From positions 1 through 42,102 of the IMG/VR virus record IMGVR_UViG_3300025848_000068: DNA of 42,102 nucleotides; one strand, 5' to 3'. This DNA is from a virus (taxonomy: Duplodnaviria > Caudoviricetes). Below are positions 9,673 through 20,508 of this stretch, one piece after another. The position numbers were made by a program, and so were the translations under genes. Position 1 is the first letter of the stretch, and each line of letters opens with the position of its first letter. The notes under the pieces are model-generated. The model did not search any database. It was not told the origin of the DNA and saw only the letters and a program-made list of their open reading frames with translations.

Positions 9673-12600
9673 TGGCCTCGCAAAAGGTCACGACAACCGT
9701 AGATCGCTTCGGCGGGTTCTCGGATCGCGCAGTTCCCGTAAAGGCGACGCGTATCGAATCTCCCGATGTCGTGAACGTGGATTTTTCGGAACGCGTAGCC
9801 AAGCGACGCAATGGCTACACCCGATTGCACAACAATCGGTTCGGAGACGCGGCGCTGCGACTGATGCCGCGATGGGACACGGGAACGTTTGACGGCCCGT
9901 ATGGTCGCATTAAAACCCGGTCGTTCATGTATCCGGGAACGGGCACCATTGCGTGGTACATCGGCGTTGGCGTGGTGTTGGCAAAGATGCCAAATCCTGC
10001 TCAAACCGTGATGTACGTTGCCAGCAAAGGCTACGGAACCGGCGCGAATCTGCATTGGTCGATTGTTTACGATTCGTCGATTCAAAACGGCGCATCGCAA
10101 ATTGTTGGCGGTTGGCGTGCCGTATTTAATGGAACCGGAGATGCGGCGTCGTTGGAGGTCGCGGACGGTCAAAACTCGTCTACGGCCTACGAAACCGCGG
10201 TCGGACGATATCGGTTTCTTGAATTGACCATCGACGACGCGACCAAAAAACTAGGGTTCTACGTTTACGATGCGGCAGGGACGCTTGTCGGATCGGCGCT
10301 CGACGGCGCGGTGTGGGCCGGCACCGATTACACGGGGGGCGGAACCAACGAAGACATCACCATCGGCGTCGGAATGGACACGTCCAACACCATCAACTCA
10401 AAGTATTTCTCCGGAACGATTGCCGAGTTGCGGTTGGCGGTTGGAACGTCCAGCAAGCATGCATATATGCAGGGCTTGTATGCATCGAGGTGGTCCAAAG
10501 AAATCCCGGACAACCTGATCGCGTCGGCGCAAAGCGGTGGCGGGTTGTTTGGTTATTACCGGCTTAACGACGCGAGCGCCGACGGGAGGCTGTATGACTC
10601 TTCCTCAAACGCCAATCACGGGTCGCTCCCATTTAGTCCCCCCACTTGGGCCTTTGACGAGAGCGAGGTCGTTGGATCAAGCGGGCTCCAATGGAGGCCC
10701 GATCAACTCGCTTACGTCCGGCTCCTCAATACCGGAGCCAATCCCTCATTCAACACAGTCTTTGCAGGCACCACGACAGGGGCCACTCCCGCCTCGGGCC
10801 AGCGTTGGACCGTTAGAGGGGTATGCGTCCCGAAGTTACCTCCCGGTGCGACTGCTGCCCCTAGAGGCGTCATCCTGTGGTCTGGAATTAGCACAAACCC
10901 CCAACCAGTTGCCATCGGCGTCAACCTAGACGGATCCAACGCCGATAAGTTCCAAGCCATTTACATGGACAACGCGACCGAGCGCAAAATGACGATCACG
11001 TCGGTGAACGTGTCGGCGCTTGTTGGCAAAAAGGTTCGTTTTTCGTTAGATCGCCGCACGGTGTATTCGACGACCGGGACGATTAATCAGGTCATTTTTC
11101 AGATTGCGTATGAGACCGGAGTCGGTACGCAGGTGGCAATTGCAACGGCAACGCCAATCACCTGCACCAATACGGTTACCACGTGCGATTCATCGTGGTA
11201 TATCGGCGCAAGGCTGTCGGCTACCGGCGTTCAAAGCAATGGCACCGTCGGCGTAATCGACACGACGCGAGGTTCGTTTTGCGGAATTATTGACGACGTT
11301 CAATTGATTTGGAACGGAACATCGCAAGGGCCGCAATACGTCGGTATCGGCTCGGACAATCCGAGCAACGCCGGATATATTTTGAACGAGGTGTCGAGTT
11401 GGACTTTCTCCAATCCATCGTTTCAAACGGTGTTTTATCTCAAGTTCAACGACGGGTACGGCAACAACCCGTTTGTTGAGACGACGACGGCAAACACTTA
11501 CACCTGCGATATGTTCCCGGCGCAACTGGAAGGCTATCGTTGGGACGCCGGCATCGTCGAGCCCTATCAGATTGTGCGACCTCGGGGGTTGTGGGACTAC
11601 AAAACGTTTCGAGCCAACGGATCAACCGAACGCCGCATTTTGGCGGTTGCTGGTTCCGGGCTGTACGAAATCCCCGTTGGCGGTGGCGTAGCCAAACTAG
11701 TTGCCTCCGGGTTCTTTAAAAGCACGGGAAAGGTGTCGTTTGCCCAATACGGCAACAACGTGATCATGGCCGAGCCTAACGGGCAACGGCCTATGATCTA
11801 TGACGGCAACTCGTTGCGCTTTGCGGGGATTGCGGCCCCATCCGCACAAGTATCAGCCAGCGCTTCAACTACCGGCGGCACGCTTGCAGCAGGCACGTAT
11901 TGGGTTTACTACACGTTTGTAAACACCGTAACCGGCGACGAAAGCAATCCATCGCCGGGTGTCGCGGTCACGACAACGGGCACTACTGGGGCAATCAATA
12001 CGGTCGGCATGATGACGTCACCTGACCCGCAGGTGAATGCACGACGCATCTACATCACGGGCGTGAACGGGACCGATGGAGCGGTGGCGTATTTGGTAAC
12101 GACGGTAAACGACAACACCACAATCAACTACGGTGACGCTACCAACAAGGCAATTACGGCGGTCCCAACGGGAACGACGATGGAATATTTTGCCAACCAC
12201 GAAGCGCCTCAAGCAAGCGTTGTCGGAGTATTTCGAGATGGCACGTTCCTAGGTGGCAACTCGTTGTTCCCGACTCGCCTGTATCGAAGCGCAATCGGTT
12301 ACCCGACGCGATACGATCCGATTTCTTTGTACCTCGATCTTGATCTTGATTCGGGAGATCCGATTACGCACATGATTCGCACCAACAATTATTTGCTGGT
12401 GTCCATGCGCGACGGAACAGCACGGGTGTACACGACTGGCGATACCAACGCGCCCTTTGCTTTCGATTTCCTACCGATTAAGCACGGGGCCGTGGGAGCG
12501 CAAGCGGCAGCGTATTCCGAATCGACCATCTTCTATATGGCCGATGACGATTGCTTCCAAACCGACGGTCAAAACGAGCAGAACATCACGTCTCCCGACA

Positions 12601-13490
12601 ATCCGCTGTATCCGTCGATTCAATACACAATGCGCGAAGGTTTAAACGACGCGCTAAAAGATGCCGTATCGGTTGCCGTGTATCACCCGCGAAATCAGGT
12701 GTGGTTCTGCGTGGCCGCGACGGGAGCGACATCAAACAGCATGGTGTTGGTGTACGACTCGTCGCAAGGTATTTGGACCAAATACTTGTTGCCTATCGAT
12801 ACAATCCTTCAAAGCGAAAACGAAAACGACGCAACTAGGTTGATTGGGGCAGTAAACGGATACGTCTCAACGCTCGACACCGGATCATATGACGGTGTGA
12901 CGTCGTTGGTGTCGAGTACCGCCACGTCGGGCACGACAACGTCCGTGACCATTTCCGGCGTGCATTCCGTGGCCAACGGATTGACGCTGCATTTGTTTAA
13001 CTTTGCAACGGAAACCGTTGTCACGGGAACGGTCGAATCGGCTACCAACGATGGCACGAATACGACGATTAAGGTCTACGCGTCGTTCGGCCTGACGCCG
13101 GCGGCAGGTGACCGCGTCGTCGTAGGTGGCATCCCTTGGTACATGGATTTGGTGTTTGACTGGGGCAATCCGGGACGCAAAAAGCGGTTGCGTTGGGTCA
13201 AGGTTGCCGGCGTGTCGGACAACGATGGAAATTTTATTCGGTGTTCGACGTTCCGCGACAAGCCCGGTAGGTCGTTCAGTTTTGTAAACGCCCGCGAATC
13301 ATGGATTCAATTCCGGACCGAAGATGCCTATCGCATCATGATGGTTGGTGGTGAATCGCGGTCAGCGCGAATCCGCTTAACCGAAACGTCGAATCCGTTG
13401 TTGCTATCGCCGACGCCGTTGCCGTCTACAGCGGGAACCATTCAGGTAATCCAAGTAGAAGGTGTCGCGGAAATCTTGGACATCGAATGA
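9672..13490 (+). CDS. Tail nozzle / DNA stabilization protein (P22 gp10 / T7 gp12-like) with inserted LamG-like domains
   Basis: N-terminal GGFSDR...NVDF...KRRNGY and C-terminal propeller-like repeats (RLYRS, GDPITHM, VLVYD...WT); internal YFSGTIAELRL, YYRLND and FCGIIDDVQL lectin-like motifs. Confidence 0.75.
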   Translation: MASQKVTTTVDRFGGFSDRAVPVKATRIESPDVVNVDFSERVAKRRNGYTRLHNNRFGDAALRLMPRWDTGTFDGPYGRIKTRSFMYPGTGTIAWYIGVGVVLAKMPNPAQTVMYVASKGYGTGANLHWSIVYDSSIQNGASQIVGGWRAVFNGTGDAASLEVADGQNSSTAYETAVGRYRFLELTIDDATKKLGFYVYDAAGTLVGSALDGAVWAGTDYTGGGTNEDITIGVGMDTSNTINSKYFSGTIAELRLAVGTSSKHAYMQGLYASRWSKEIPDNLIASAQSGGGLFGYYRLNDASADGRLYDSSSNANHGSLPFSPPTWAFDESEVVGSSGLQWRPDQLAYVRLLNTGANPSFNTVFAGTTTGATPASGQRWTVRGVCVPKLPPGATAAPRGVILWSGISTNPQPVAIGVNLDGSNADKFQAIYMDNATERKMTITSVNVSALVGKKVRFSLDRRTVYSTTGTINQVIFQIAYETGVGTQVAIATATPITCTNTVTTCDSSWYIGARLSATGVQSNGTVGVIDTTRGSFCGIIDDVQLIWNGTSQGPQYVGIGSDNPSNAGYILNEVSSWTFSNPSFQTVFYLKFNDGYGNNPFVETTTANTYTCDMFPAQLEGYRWDAGIVEPYQIVRPRGLWDYKTFRANGSTERRILAVAGSGLYEIPVGGGVAKLVASGFFKSTGKVSFAQYGNNVIMAEPNGQRPMIYDGNSLRFAGIAAPSAQVSASASTTGGTLAAGTYWVYYTFVNTVTGDESNPSPGVAVTTTGTTGAINTVGMMTSPDPQVNARRIYITGVNGTDGAVAYLVTTVNDNTTINYGDATNKAITAVPTGTTMEYFANHEAPQASVVGVFRDGTFLGGNSLFPTRLYRSAIGYPTRYDPISLYLDLDLDSGDPITHMIRTNNYLLVSMRDGTARVYTTGDTNAPFAFDFLPIKHGAVGAQAAAYSESTIFYMADDDCFQTDGQNEQNITSPDNPLYPSIQYTMREGLNDALKDAVSVAVYHPRNQVWFCVAATGATSNSMVLVYDSSQGIWTKYLLPIDTILQSENENDATRLIGAVNGYVSTLDTGSYDGVTSLVSSTATSGTTTSVTISGVHSVANGLTLHLFNFATETVVTGTVESATNDGTNTTIKVYASFGLTPAAGDRVVVGGIPWYMDLVFDWGNPGRKKRLRWVKVAGVSDNDGNFIRCSTFRDKPGRSFSFVNARESWIQFRTEDAYRIMMVGGESRSARIRLTETSNPLLLSPTPLPSTAGTIQVIQVEGVAEILDIE

Positions 13491-13762
13491 CCTTTCAACC
13501 AAACGCACAGCATGGGCCTCCGCCCAAATTGTCGCCGGATGATCGCGCTCTTGAGGCGTGGCTTACCGCGTATTGGCGTTTGCAAATGCATTGGTTTGCA
13601 AAGGAGCGTGACCTTGGCGCAGGGTTGCAGTACGATTCACTTGATCGGAAAACCGTCAAGGTTGCTGATCCCTTGTACATCGACTCCACCGGAGCCATCA
13701 CCTCGACGGCTGGAGGCGCAGGGCACAAAGACGTGATGAAACGCATCGACATCGGAATCTGA
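13487..13762 (+). CDS. Hypothetical tail-associated protein
   Basis: 91 aa; ATGA coupling; lies between nozzle and fibre. Confidence 0.6.
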   Translation: MTFQPNAQHGPPPKLSPDDRALEAWLTAYWRLQMHWFAKERDLGAGLQYDSLDRKTVKVADPLYIDSTGAITSTAGGAGHKDVMKRIDIGI

Positions 13763-13763
13763 T

Positions 13764-16088
13764 ATGCCAATCGGATTGATGACCACCACGTCGGAGTTGT
13801 ACGCCAGCCTAGGGGCGGCGGTGACAACCAACAATCTTGTCGTCGATGTGTCGTATGGCGACCTCGGCAACAACTCCTACGACCTGAAGCAGCAGAAGGC
13901 GACGATCACGGGAACGACCCGAGTCAAGATCGTCGATGCACCGGCGTCGTCGTCCTACAAGCACAACCTTCGCAACGTCGAATGCGTCAACGTCGATACG
14001 GTTGCGGCGACCATCACGATTGAACGCAACGAAGCCGGAACGTACACGACGCTCGTCAAGGTTACGTTGTCGGTTGGAGACATGCTCGGTCTTGGCGATG
14101 ACGGTTGGTACGTAATGGACAGCACGGGCGCACGCAAGGGCGTGGGGCCGACTGGTGCAACAGGCGCAACGGGGCCGCAAGGTCCACAAGGTGCGAAAGG
14201 CGATACCGGGGCTACAGGCCCGCAGGGAGCGAAGGGCGACACCGGGGCGCAAGGGCCTCAGGGAGCGAAGGGCGATACCGGGCCGCAAGGCCCGCAAGGT
14301 TCAACGGGCGCGACAGGCCCGCAGGGCGCGAAGGGCGATACGGGGCCGCAAGGCCCTCAAGGTTCAACGGGCGCGACAGGCCCTCAGGGAGCGAAGGGCG
14401 ATACCGGGCCGCAAGGCCCTCAAGGTTCAACGGGCGCGACAGGCCCTCAGGGAGCGAAGGGCGATACCGGGCCGCAAGGCCCGCAGGGAGACCCCGGTGC
14501 GGTTGGCCCTCAAGGCGTTAAAGGTGATACTGGGCCGCAGGGATTGACCGGGGCGACTGGCCCTCAAGGCGTTAAAGGTGATACCGGGCCGCAGGGGCCG
14601 CAGGGTTTGACTGGAGCGCAGGGGCCACAGGGTGATACAGGCCCCCAAGGCCCCGAGGGCGGCACGACGACGCTGACCACCAAAGGCGACATTCTCACAA
14701 GGGATTCCTCAGCCCTCGCACGCCTTCCCGTAGGAACAAACGGTCAGATTCTTTCCGCTGATTCAGCGGAAGTTACTGGCCTTAAGTGGGTGGCAAACAC
14801 GGGCGGTGCGCCAACTGGTGCGTCCTACGTCACGCTCGCAACCGACGCAACGCTTACGTCGGAACGAGTCCTAACCGCAGGAACCGGGATTACCATTACG
14901 GATGCCGGAGCCGGATCGACCGTTACGATTGCGGCGACCGGAAGCGGCGGCGCACCCACGGGAGCGTCGTATGTCACCCTCGCCACGGATGCGACGTTGA
15001 CATCGGAACGTGTCCTGACAGCAGGCACGGGCATCAGCATTACCGATGGTGGCGCAGGTGGCAACGTGACGGTGGCCGCTTCAGGATTGGCTACCAACAC
15101 GCCGTCCTACATCACGCTCGCTAACACAGGCGACCTTACGAACGAGCGTGCGCTTGCCGTGTCGAGTCCGATTACGGGAACCGACGGCGGCGCAGGAAGC
15201 ACTTATACGCTTGGACTCAATCAAGCGGCGATCACCCACAACAACCTTGGTGGCCTGACGACTGGCGATCCGCACACGCAGTACCTGACCAAGGCCACGG
15301 TTACGACGGCAGGCGATACGTTGTACGCAACGGGCGCATCAGCGATTACCCGTCTTGGTATCGGAACGACGGGTCAGGTGCTGACGGTGTCAGGTGGCGT
15401 ACCGACTTGGGCCACGCCTACGACTGGTGTGACGGCGCACAGCGCGTTGACGGGATTAACCAACGACGATCATACGCGATACGTCTTTGTGGATCCGGCT
15501 TCTTCCACGCGCAACGTCATCACTCCCGGCGGCGACTTCAAGGCTCTTGTCGTCAAAGGATCGGTAAGCCAAACCGCAAACCTGATTGAATGTCAATTGA
15601 ACGGCGGGACGGTAAGATTTGCGGTTGCCTCCACAGGAAACGTTATTGGGTATGGATTTGATTCATCCAATCGCGCCATCACCAACGTTTCCGACCCGAC
15701 AGCGGCTCAAGACGCTGCGACCAAAGCGTATGCCGACACCAAGGTCGCGGCCTCGACACTCACTACCAAGGGTGACCTCTTGGGAAGGACGGCTTCGGCG
15801 GTAACTAGAGTTCCCGTAGGGACAGATGGTTACTTCCTGAAAGCCGACTCTGCAAACGCCAACGGTGTATCGTGGGCAACGGCAACCTTCTCGTCTGCGC
15901 TCACCACCAAGGGCGACATCTTGGTGCGCGATGCGTCTGCGGATACGCGCTTGCCCGTGGGGACAAGCGGCTACATTCTTTCGGCTAATCCATCTACGTC
16001 AACTGGACTGGAATGGATTGCTAACTCAGGTGGGGGCGGCGGTGGATCCGTTCCTGACTTTGTTCTCTTTAATCAGGGGATCATTTAA
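13764..16088 (+). CDS. Tail fibre with collagen triple-helix region
   Basis: 57 consecutive Gly-X-Y triplets; repeated LTTKGD...RLPVG...W and [22 protein letters not shown] modules; [18 protein letters not shown] motif. Confidence 0.88.
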   Translation: MPIGLMTTTSELYASLGAAVTTNNLVVDVSYGDLGNNSYDLKQQKATITGTTRVKIVDAPASSSYKHNLRNVECVNVDTVAATITIERNEAGTYTTLVKVTLSVGDMLGLGDDGWYVMDSTGARKGVGPTGATGATGPQGPQGAKGDTGATGPQGAKGDTGAQGPQGAKGDTGPQGPQGSTGATGPQGAKGDTGPQGPQGSTGATGPQGAKGDTGPQGPQGSTGATGPQGAKGDTGPQGPQGDPGAVGPQGVKGDTGPQGLTGATGPQGVKGDTGPQGPQGLTGAQGPQGDTGPQGPEGGTTTLTTKGDILTRDSSALARLPVGTNGQILSADSAEVTGLKWVANTGGAPTGASYVTLATDATLTSERVLTAGTGITITDAGAGSTVTIAATGSGGAPTGASYVTLATDATLTSERVLTAGTGISITDGGAGGNVTVAASGLATNTPSYITLANTGDLTNERALAVSSPITGTDGGAGSTYTLGLNQAAITHNNLGGLTTGDPHTQYLTKATVTTAGDTLYATGASAITRLGIGTTGQVLTVSGGVPTWATPTTGVTAHSALTGLTNDDHTRYVFVDPASSTRNVITPGGDFKALVVKGSVSQTANLIECQLNGGTVRFAVASTGNVIGYGFDSSNRAITNVSDPTAAQDAATKAYADTKVAASTLTTKGDLLGRTASAVTRVPVGTDGYFLKADSANANGVSWATATFSSALTTKGDILVRDASADTRLPVGTSGYILSANPSTSTGLEWIANSGGGGGGSVPDFVLFNQGII
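14145..14657 (+). repeat. Collagen-coding repeat with three 63-bp tandem units (14262-14450)
   Basis: [21 protein letters not shown] occurs three times. Confidence 0.9.
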
Positions 16089-16510
16089 TGGCTACGTCTG
16101 CTCAATATTCAACAGCACCGACCGTTGAAATTTCTCAAATTTCGACAGCCAACGCTAACCGTGATGGAACTGGAACTACCGTAGCAATTGCAACTGGCCC
16201 ATCCGCAGCACAAGGAAGTGGAGTTGGTAAACGTATTCATTCAATTGTAATTCAAGCAACAGGAACAACGACAATAGGAATGGTTCGATTTTTTCTGTCA
16301 ATTGATGGCGGTACAACTAAACGTCTTATTACCGAAGTACCAATTGCGGCAGTAACAGCATCAGCAACGGTGTCAGCATTTATGATTACTGTTCCTCAAC
16401 TTGTAAATCTTGTTTTACAAGGCCAAGTTTCCGCATCTTCTTGCATTCTATATGCATCCACAGAAAAAGCAGAAACCTTTAACATTTTTGTTTTCGGAAG
16501 TACCTACTAA
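16088..16510 (+). CDS. Tail-associated protein (low GC)
   Basis: 140 aa; ANANRDGTGT...MVRFF pattern; TAATG coupling. Confidence 0.7.
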   Translation: MATSAQYSTAPTVEISQISTANANRDGTGTTVAIATGPSAAQGSGVGKRIHSIVIQATGTTTIGMVRFFLSIDGGTTKRLITEVPIAAVTASATVSAFMITVPQLVNLVLQGQVSASSCILYASTEKAETFNIFVFGSTY

Positions 16511-17505
16511 TGAACGACGGTCTATTTCAAGGAATTGGGTCGGGGTTCAATGGAAATTTGAAACCATGTATTTGGCAGTTTTTTAATACAACTACTTCAT
16601 CAATTCCATTGTGTACATCCGCAAAATTTTTATCACTTCTTGCACTTGGAGGCGGTGCGGGAGGCGGTGGTGGGCGTTTTGGCTTAGGTACAAACGCATC
16701 GGGGGGTGGTGGTGGAGCAAGTGGAAATGCTTATATCATAGAACGATTTCCAGTAAGTTTTCTTAATGATATAAATCTTCACAGAATAGATATTGTAATT
16801 GGCGCGGGTGGTACTGGCGGTGCAGGTGGGCCTGCGGACAATGCAAGTGGATCCCCGGGAAACAGCGGCGGGGTCACTTCTATTACTTTTAAAAATAGTC
16901 AGTTGCCTGCTGGTGGAACGGCTTCAACAGCAAGCATTTTAATTGAAGTAGGATCTAATTTAGGCGGGACTGGCGGCACTACTTCTGCGGGAACCGCCGG
17001 AACAGCAACTCAAGTATTAAATGGAAATATTTTAGGCAACGACGGTGGAAACGGAACCTCAACTTCAAGTAATTACGTTTCTTCAAATATAAATTTCCCG
17101 TCGCGAAGGATTTCAGGAGGAGGAGCCGGAGGATCGGGAAAAGGTCAAAGTACTACTAATTCATTTATACTTCCATCTATTCTAGGAATACCTCAAGCGG
17201 GAATAAGTTATGGAACTAGTCGCGGTAATAACGGAATCGATGCAAGTGTATATGGGTATCGATTGTTTAATTATTTACTGAAATTACCTAAATTTCCAAA
17301 CTTTTTTGAAGTTATGAATTACCTTCCCGGCGGTGGTGGTGGAGGTCAGGGAGGAAACACTACAACAAATACAGCAGGTGGAAATGGTGGAAACGGATAT
17401 CTAGGATCGGGAGGTGGAGGCGGTGGAGGCGCATCAGGAGTAAAAGGTGGCGATGGTGGTGCGGGTGGAAATGGTTTTGTTCTTCTTTGTTGGGAGTTTG
17501 AATAA
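16510..17505 (+). CDS. Glycine-rich tail-tip / receptor-binding protein (low GC)
   Basis: GGGAGGGGG, IVIGAGGTGG and terminal GGAGGNGFVLL motifs of the phage glycine-rich domain. Confidence 0.75.
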   Translation: MNDGLFQGIGSGFNGNLKPCIWQFFNTTTSSIPLCTSAKFLSLLALGGGAGGGGGRFGLGTNASGGGGGASGNAYIIERFPVSFLNDINLHRIDIVIGAGGTGGAGGPADNASGSPGNSGGVTSITFKNSQLPAGGTASTASILIEVGSNLGGTGGTTSAGTAGTATQVLNGNILGNDGGNGTSTSSNYVSSNINFPSRRISGGGAGGSGKGQSTTNSFILPSILGIPQAGISYGTSRGNNGIDASVYGYRLFNYLLKLPKFPNFFEVMNYLPGGGGGGQGGNTTTNTAGGNGGNGYLGSGGGGGGGASGVKGGDGGAGGNGFVLLCWEFE

Positions 17506-17690
17506 TGCGATGGGCATTAGTGAACGAGTATTCGGTAGTAGAAAACGTGATCATTTGGGGCGGTGGGGATCCGTTTTGGGATAACCTCACGCCTGTGCAA
17601 CTTGGGGACAACGAACCGTGCGCCATCGGCTGGCTCTACGACCCGAACGCCACCCCTAGATTTACCGAACCCTCCCCTTCTAATCCCTGA
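17505..17690 (+). CDS. Small tail-fibre accessory/chaperone protein
   Basis: MRWALV...VVENVIIW...IGWLYD...F pattern that typically follows glycine-rich tail genes. Confidence 0.65.
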   Translation: MRWALVNEYSVVENVIIWGGGDPFWDNLTPVQLGDNEPCAIGWLYDPNATPRFTEPSPSNP

Positions 17691-17692
17691 TC

Positions 17693-17701
17693 TGATAACA
17701 T
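17693..17701 (+). promoter_or_regulatory. Extended -10 (leaderless) promoter for the GNAT/ejection genes
   Basis: TGA-TAACAT, 6 nt, then ATG 17708. Confidence 0.55.
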
Positions 17702-17707
17702 CGCCGC

Positions 17708-18382
17708 ATGGCTGAAATCGTTGTCGGGCGGGCAGATTGGCGAAACTCCCAACATCTTTGGGAATTGCGACTAGCGTATCTTGCTGAGGAGATCGAGCGC
17801 GAGCCGAAATTCGCCATCGAAACCCCGGCGCAGATGGCGCGAATGGCGCATCAAACGCATGAGTTCGTGTTCTCCGACAACCGCGCCATCTTTATGGCGT
17901 ACCGAGCCGAGGAGCCAATCGGATATTTGATTTTGGAACTCGGAGACTACGTCGGCTTCTACGAGCGCACGGGCGTTCGCGTGGCCGGGTTCTACGTGAT
18001 TCCGACCGAACGCAAGGGCGTGGCGGGCCAAAAACTTCTGCGTGCCGGATATGACGCCGTCCGAAAAAACGGGTATCCTAGAACCCAAGCCGTGGTAACG
18101 GTTGGCAACGATGCCATGCGGAACCAACTGGAGCGCAACGGCTACCGGCTCGTTTCGGTTATTTACGAACGAGAGGAGCGATCCAATGGGAAGCATGACC
18201 TCGGGGCAGAAGCAGAGCAAGAAGTTCACGCAGCAAGCGGTGGGAGCCCTAACAGCGGGCCAGCAGCAAATGCTGTCGAATCCGCTGTTCATGGCGGGGC
18301 AACAACTTGCGATGGAGTACGCGAAGAATCCAACGACGTTCAACCCGCAGTTGATCGCACAACTGCGAGCGTTGGCGGCTGA
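17708..18382 (+). CDS. GNAT-fold acetyltransferase-like protein
   Basis: FYVIPTERKGVAGQKLL (motif A-like) and N...LERNGY (motif B-like); usual position before podovirus ejection genes. Confidence 0.75.
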   Translation: MAEIVVGRADWRNSQHLWELRLAYLAEEIEREPKFAIETPAQMARMAHQTHEFVFSDNRAIFMAYRAEEPIGYLILELGDYVGFYERTGVRVAGFYVIPTERKGVAGQKLLRAGYDAVRKNGYPRTQAVVTVGNDAMRNQLERNGYRLVSVIYEREERSNGKHDLGAEAEQEVHAASGGSPNSGPAANAVESAVHGGATTCDGVREESNDVQPAVDRTTASVGG

Positions 18383-18764
18383 CCAGCAGGCATCGACGGC
18401 TCGGGCAACGCAGCAGCAGGTTGCAGAGCGTGCAGGAGCCACAGGGTCGTATCGGTCCGGCATGACCGGCGAGATGCAGCGTCGCGTCGCCCAGCAGCAG
18501 GGACAGGGCATCGCGGACGCGTATCGGCAAATCGAAACGCAAGCGGCTATGCAGCGTCCGGCGGATTATCAAAACGCCTTGGCGATGATGAACGCGGTCC
18601 TTGGTCCGCAATACCAATGGGACCGTGATATCGCGAATGCTTACGTGGGCGCGGCAGGCAATCAGGTGTGGCAGCAGGCATCGCCGTGGGCGTCGTTCGG
18701 AACTGGCGTCGGAAACATTTTCGGTTCATTGGTAGGCCGCAAACAAGGCTTCTTGGGGATCTGA
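18186..18764 (+). CDS. Ejection (internal virion) protein
   Basis: ATG 18186 with GAGGAG SD; Gln/Ala/Gly-rich helical protein with a glycine-rich hydrophobic C-terminus. Confidence 0.65.
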   Translation: MGSMTSGQKQSKKFTQQAVGALTAGQQQMLSNPLFMAGQQLAMEYAKNPTTFNPQLIAQLRALAADQQASTARATQQQVAERAGATGSYRSGMTGEMQRRVAQQQGQGIADAYRQIETQAAMQRPADYQNALAMMNAVLGPQYQWDRDIANAYVGAAGNQVWQQASPWASFGTGVGNIFGSLVGRKQGFLGI

Positions 18765-18765
18765 C

Positions 18766-19887
18766 ATGGGCGATTTTGCAGCCGGATTTGCATCGGGCGC
18801 GGGTCAGGTATTGCCCGGTGCAATCCAAGACAAGGAACGACGGGCGCAGCAAGAAGAGCAATTTGGGCAAGAACTAGCATTACGAAACAAAGCGCTTGAC
18901 CAAGAGGCCGCTCGCAATGCCGCATACATCGCGTTGCTAAATGCTCAAGCCGCAGCGATGACTCAAGGCACCGCCGCCGGCGCGTTTGAAACCGATCCCG
19001 CGGTGATTGAGGCCAAACGCCGTGCTGCGATTGCTGCGGGCCAAAAGGCTGGGGCAGAAGGTGACACCGCGCGGGACCGACTTCAAGCGGAACTTGATGC
19101 GCTTCGCGCTCAAATCGCCGCGACTCAAGCCGGAAGCGATCTTGCTGGCAAACGATTTGAATTTGAGAAATCACAATTCGACAAAACGTTTGCTGAACAA
19201 ACGAAGCGATGGGAAGCCGAACAGGAAAACATTAAAACGGATCGCGCTCTTCGCGACAAATACGCCGGCTGGGATTACGAGTTCAAACTTCAAGAATCGG
19301 CCTCACGCGGCGTCTTGGCAAACATCCAACGCGAAGCCGCCGAACGTGCTAAGAATGAATTGGGTCCAGTTGGAAATGCGTTCATTGGGTACCAACTTCA
19401 GCAGTTGCAAGCGTCGGGCGTCGAGGTTCAACCCGATCAGTTCCAGCAACTTGTGAATGCCGCTAGGCAGTTTGACAATCCAAGTGGAACAGGGCGTCCA
19501 ACTGGAAAAATTAGTTTTGGTTCAAGCATTCCCGGCATTGGCGCAACCGAAACAGCAGCCGTCCGAGAACTTATTGGCAACATGCCATTGAAGGATGCGA
19601 TCCCGGCTATTGCTAGCGATCCTGCTCAAGAAATGCTGTTTTGGGGTCGCACTAAAAAGTTGTTGGTTCCATACGGACGGACGTTTGTGCCAATTTTCGT
19701 AGACGCCGCTGACTACGGGGATGCTAAGGCCACCTACGACAAGGCCGTTTCGGACATTCCGAAGGAGATGCGAACGCCGGAGCAGATCCAGCGAGCGATT
19801 TACGAGTATCAGCAACGATACAACATCAAGAGGCAGGTATCTCCAAATCGTTTAGAGCCGTTGTTCCGAGCGACAGGAGGCATGTAG
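18766..19887 (+). CDS. Ejection (internal virion) protein
   Basis: MGDFAAGFASGAGQ N-terminus followed by coiled coil; synteny. Confidence 0.65.
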   Translation: MGDFAAGFASGAGQVLPGAIQDKERRAQQEEQFGQELALRNKALDQEAARNAAYIALLNAQAAAMTQGTAAGAFETDPAVIEAKRRAAIAAGQKAGAEGDTARDRLQAELDALRAQIAATQAGSDLAGKRFEFEKSQFDKTFAEQTKRWEAEQENIKTDRALRDKYAGWDYEFKLQESASRGVLANIQREAAERAKNELGPVGNAFIGYQLQQLQASGVEVQPDQFQQLVNAARQFDNPSGTGRPTGKISFGSSIPGIGATETAAVRELIGNMPLKDAIPAIASDPAQEMLFWGRTKKLLVPYGRTFVPIFVDAADYGDAKATYDKAVSDIPKEMRTPEQIQRAIYEYQQRYNIKRQVSPNRLEPLFRATGGM

Positions 19888-19891
19888 GCAT

Positions 19892-20506
19892 ATGCCCGAC
19901 CCAATCAATCCCAACACGCCAGCGACGACTGCAAACAACCCAATGGCCTCCGCGCCGTCGTGGGATCAGTTCGTCAATCAGTATTACCGTGCGCCTCAGC
20001 AGGGGATGATCGGTCGGCAGCAGCAAACGCCAACGTTTTTAAATCCGTTTGCCGGGATGGAAATGCCATTCGGGCGACTTGGTGGATACAACGACCCAAG
20101 TTTGGGATGGGCATCGTTGATTAACTCCGGCTTGTTGAATCAATACGGAATCACCAATGCCGGCCAGTTCATGAATTATTATCTCAGCCCTCAAGGGAGT
20201 GACCGTCGCGCCTCGGGCGTGGACATCATGCAACAGGTCTTCCGCGATTGGCAGTTGCAGCAGATGAGGCAACAGCAGCAAGGGCAACCGCAGCAACAAC
20301 CGACCGAGGCGCAGGCGGTGCAACCGCAGCAGCAAATTTCTCCTGCTCAAGTTTTGTCGGCATTCGCTCAGGTTGCGCCAGTTAACAACCCTCCTCCGCT
20401 CGGCACCTACGCGTCGCTGCTGGCGGCGATGAACACCCCGACTCCGCCGGCGGCGCAACAAGCCGATCCGTTGGCTAGTTGGATTATGCAATATCTCCGA
20501 GGTTAA
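19892..20506 (+). CDS. Gln/Pro-rich hypothetical protein, probably an internal virion protein
   Basis: 204 aa between ejection genes; poly-Q tract. Confidence 0.55.
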   Translation: MPDPINPNTPATTANNPMASAPSWDQFVNQYYRAPQQGMIGRQQQTPTFLNPFAGMEMPFGRLGGYNDPSLGWASLINSGLLNQYGITNAGQFMNYYLSPQGSDRRASGVDIMQQVFRDWQLQQMRQQQQGQPQQQPTEAQAVQPQQQISPAQVLSAFAQVAPVNNPPPLGTYASLLAAMNTPTPPAAQQADPLASWIMQYLRG

Positions 20507-20508
20507 TC

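Noticed and set aside
13764-17690. Diversity-generating retroelement acting on tail genes
   Set aside because: No reverse transcriptase and no repeat pair differing only at adenines.
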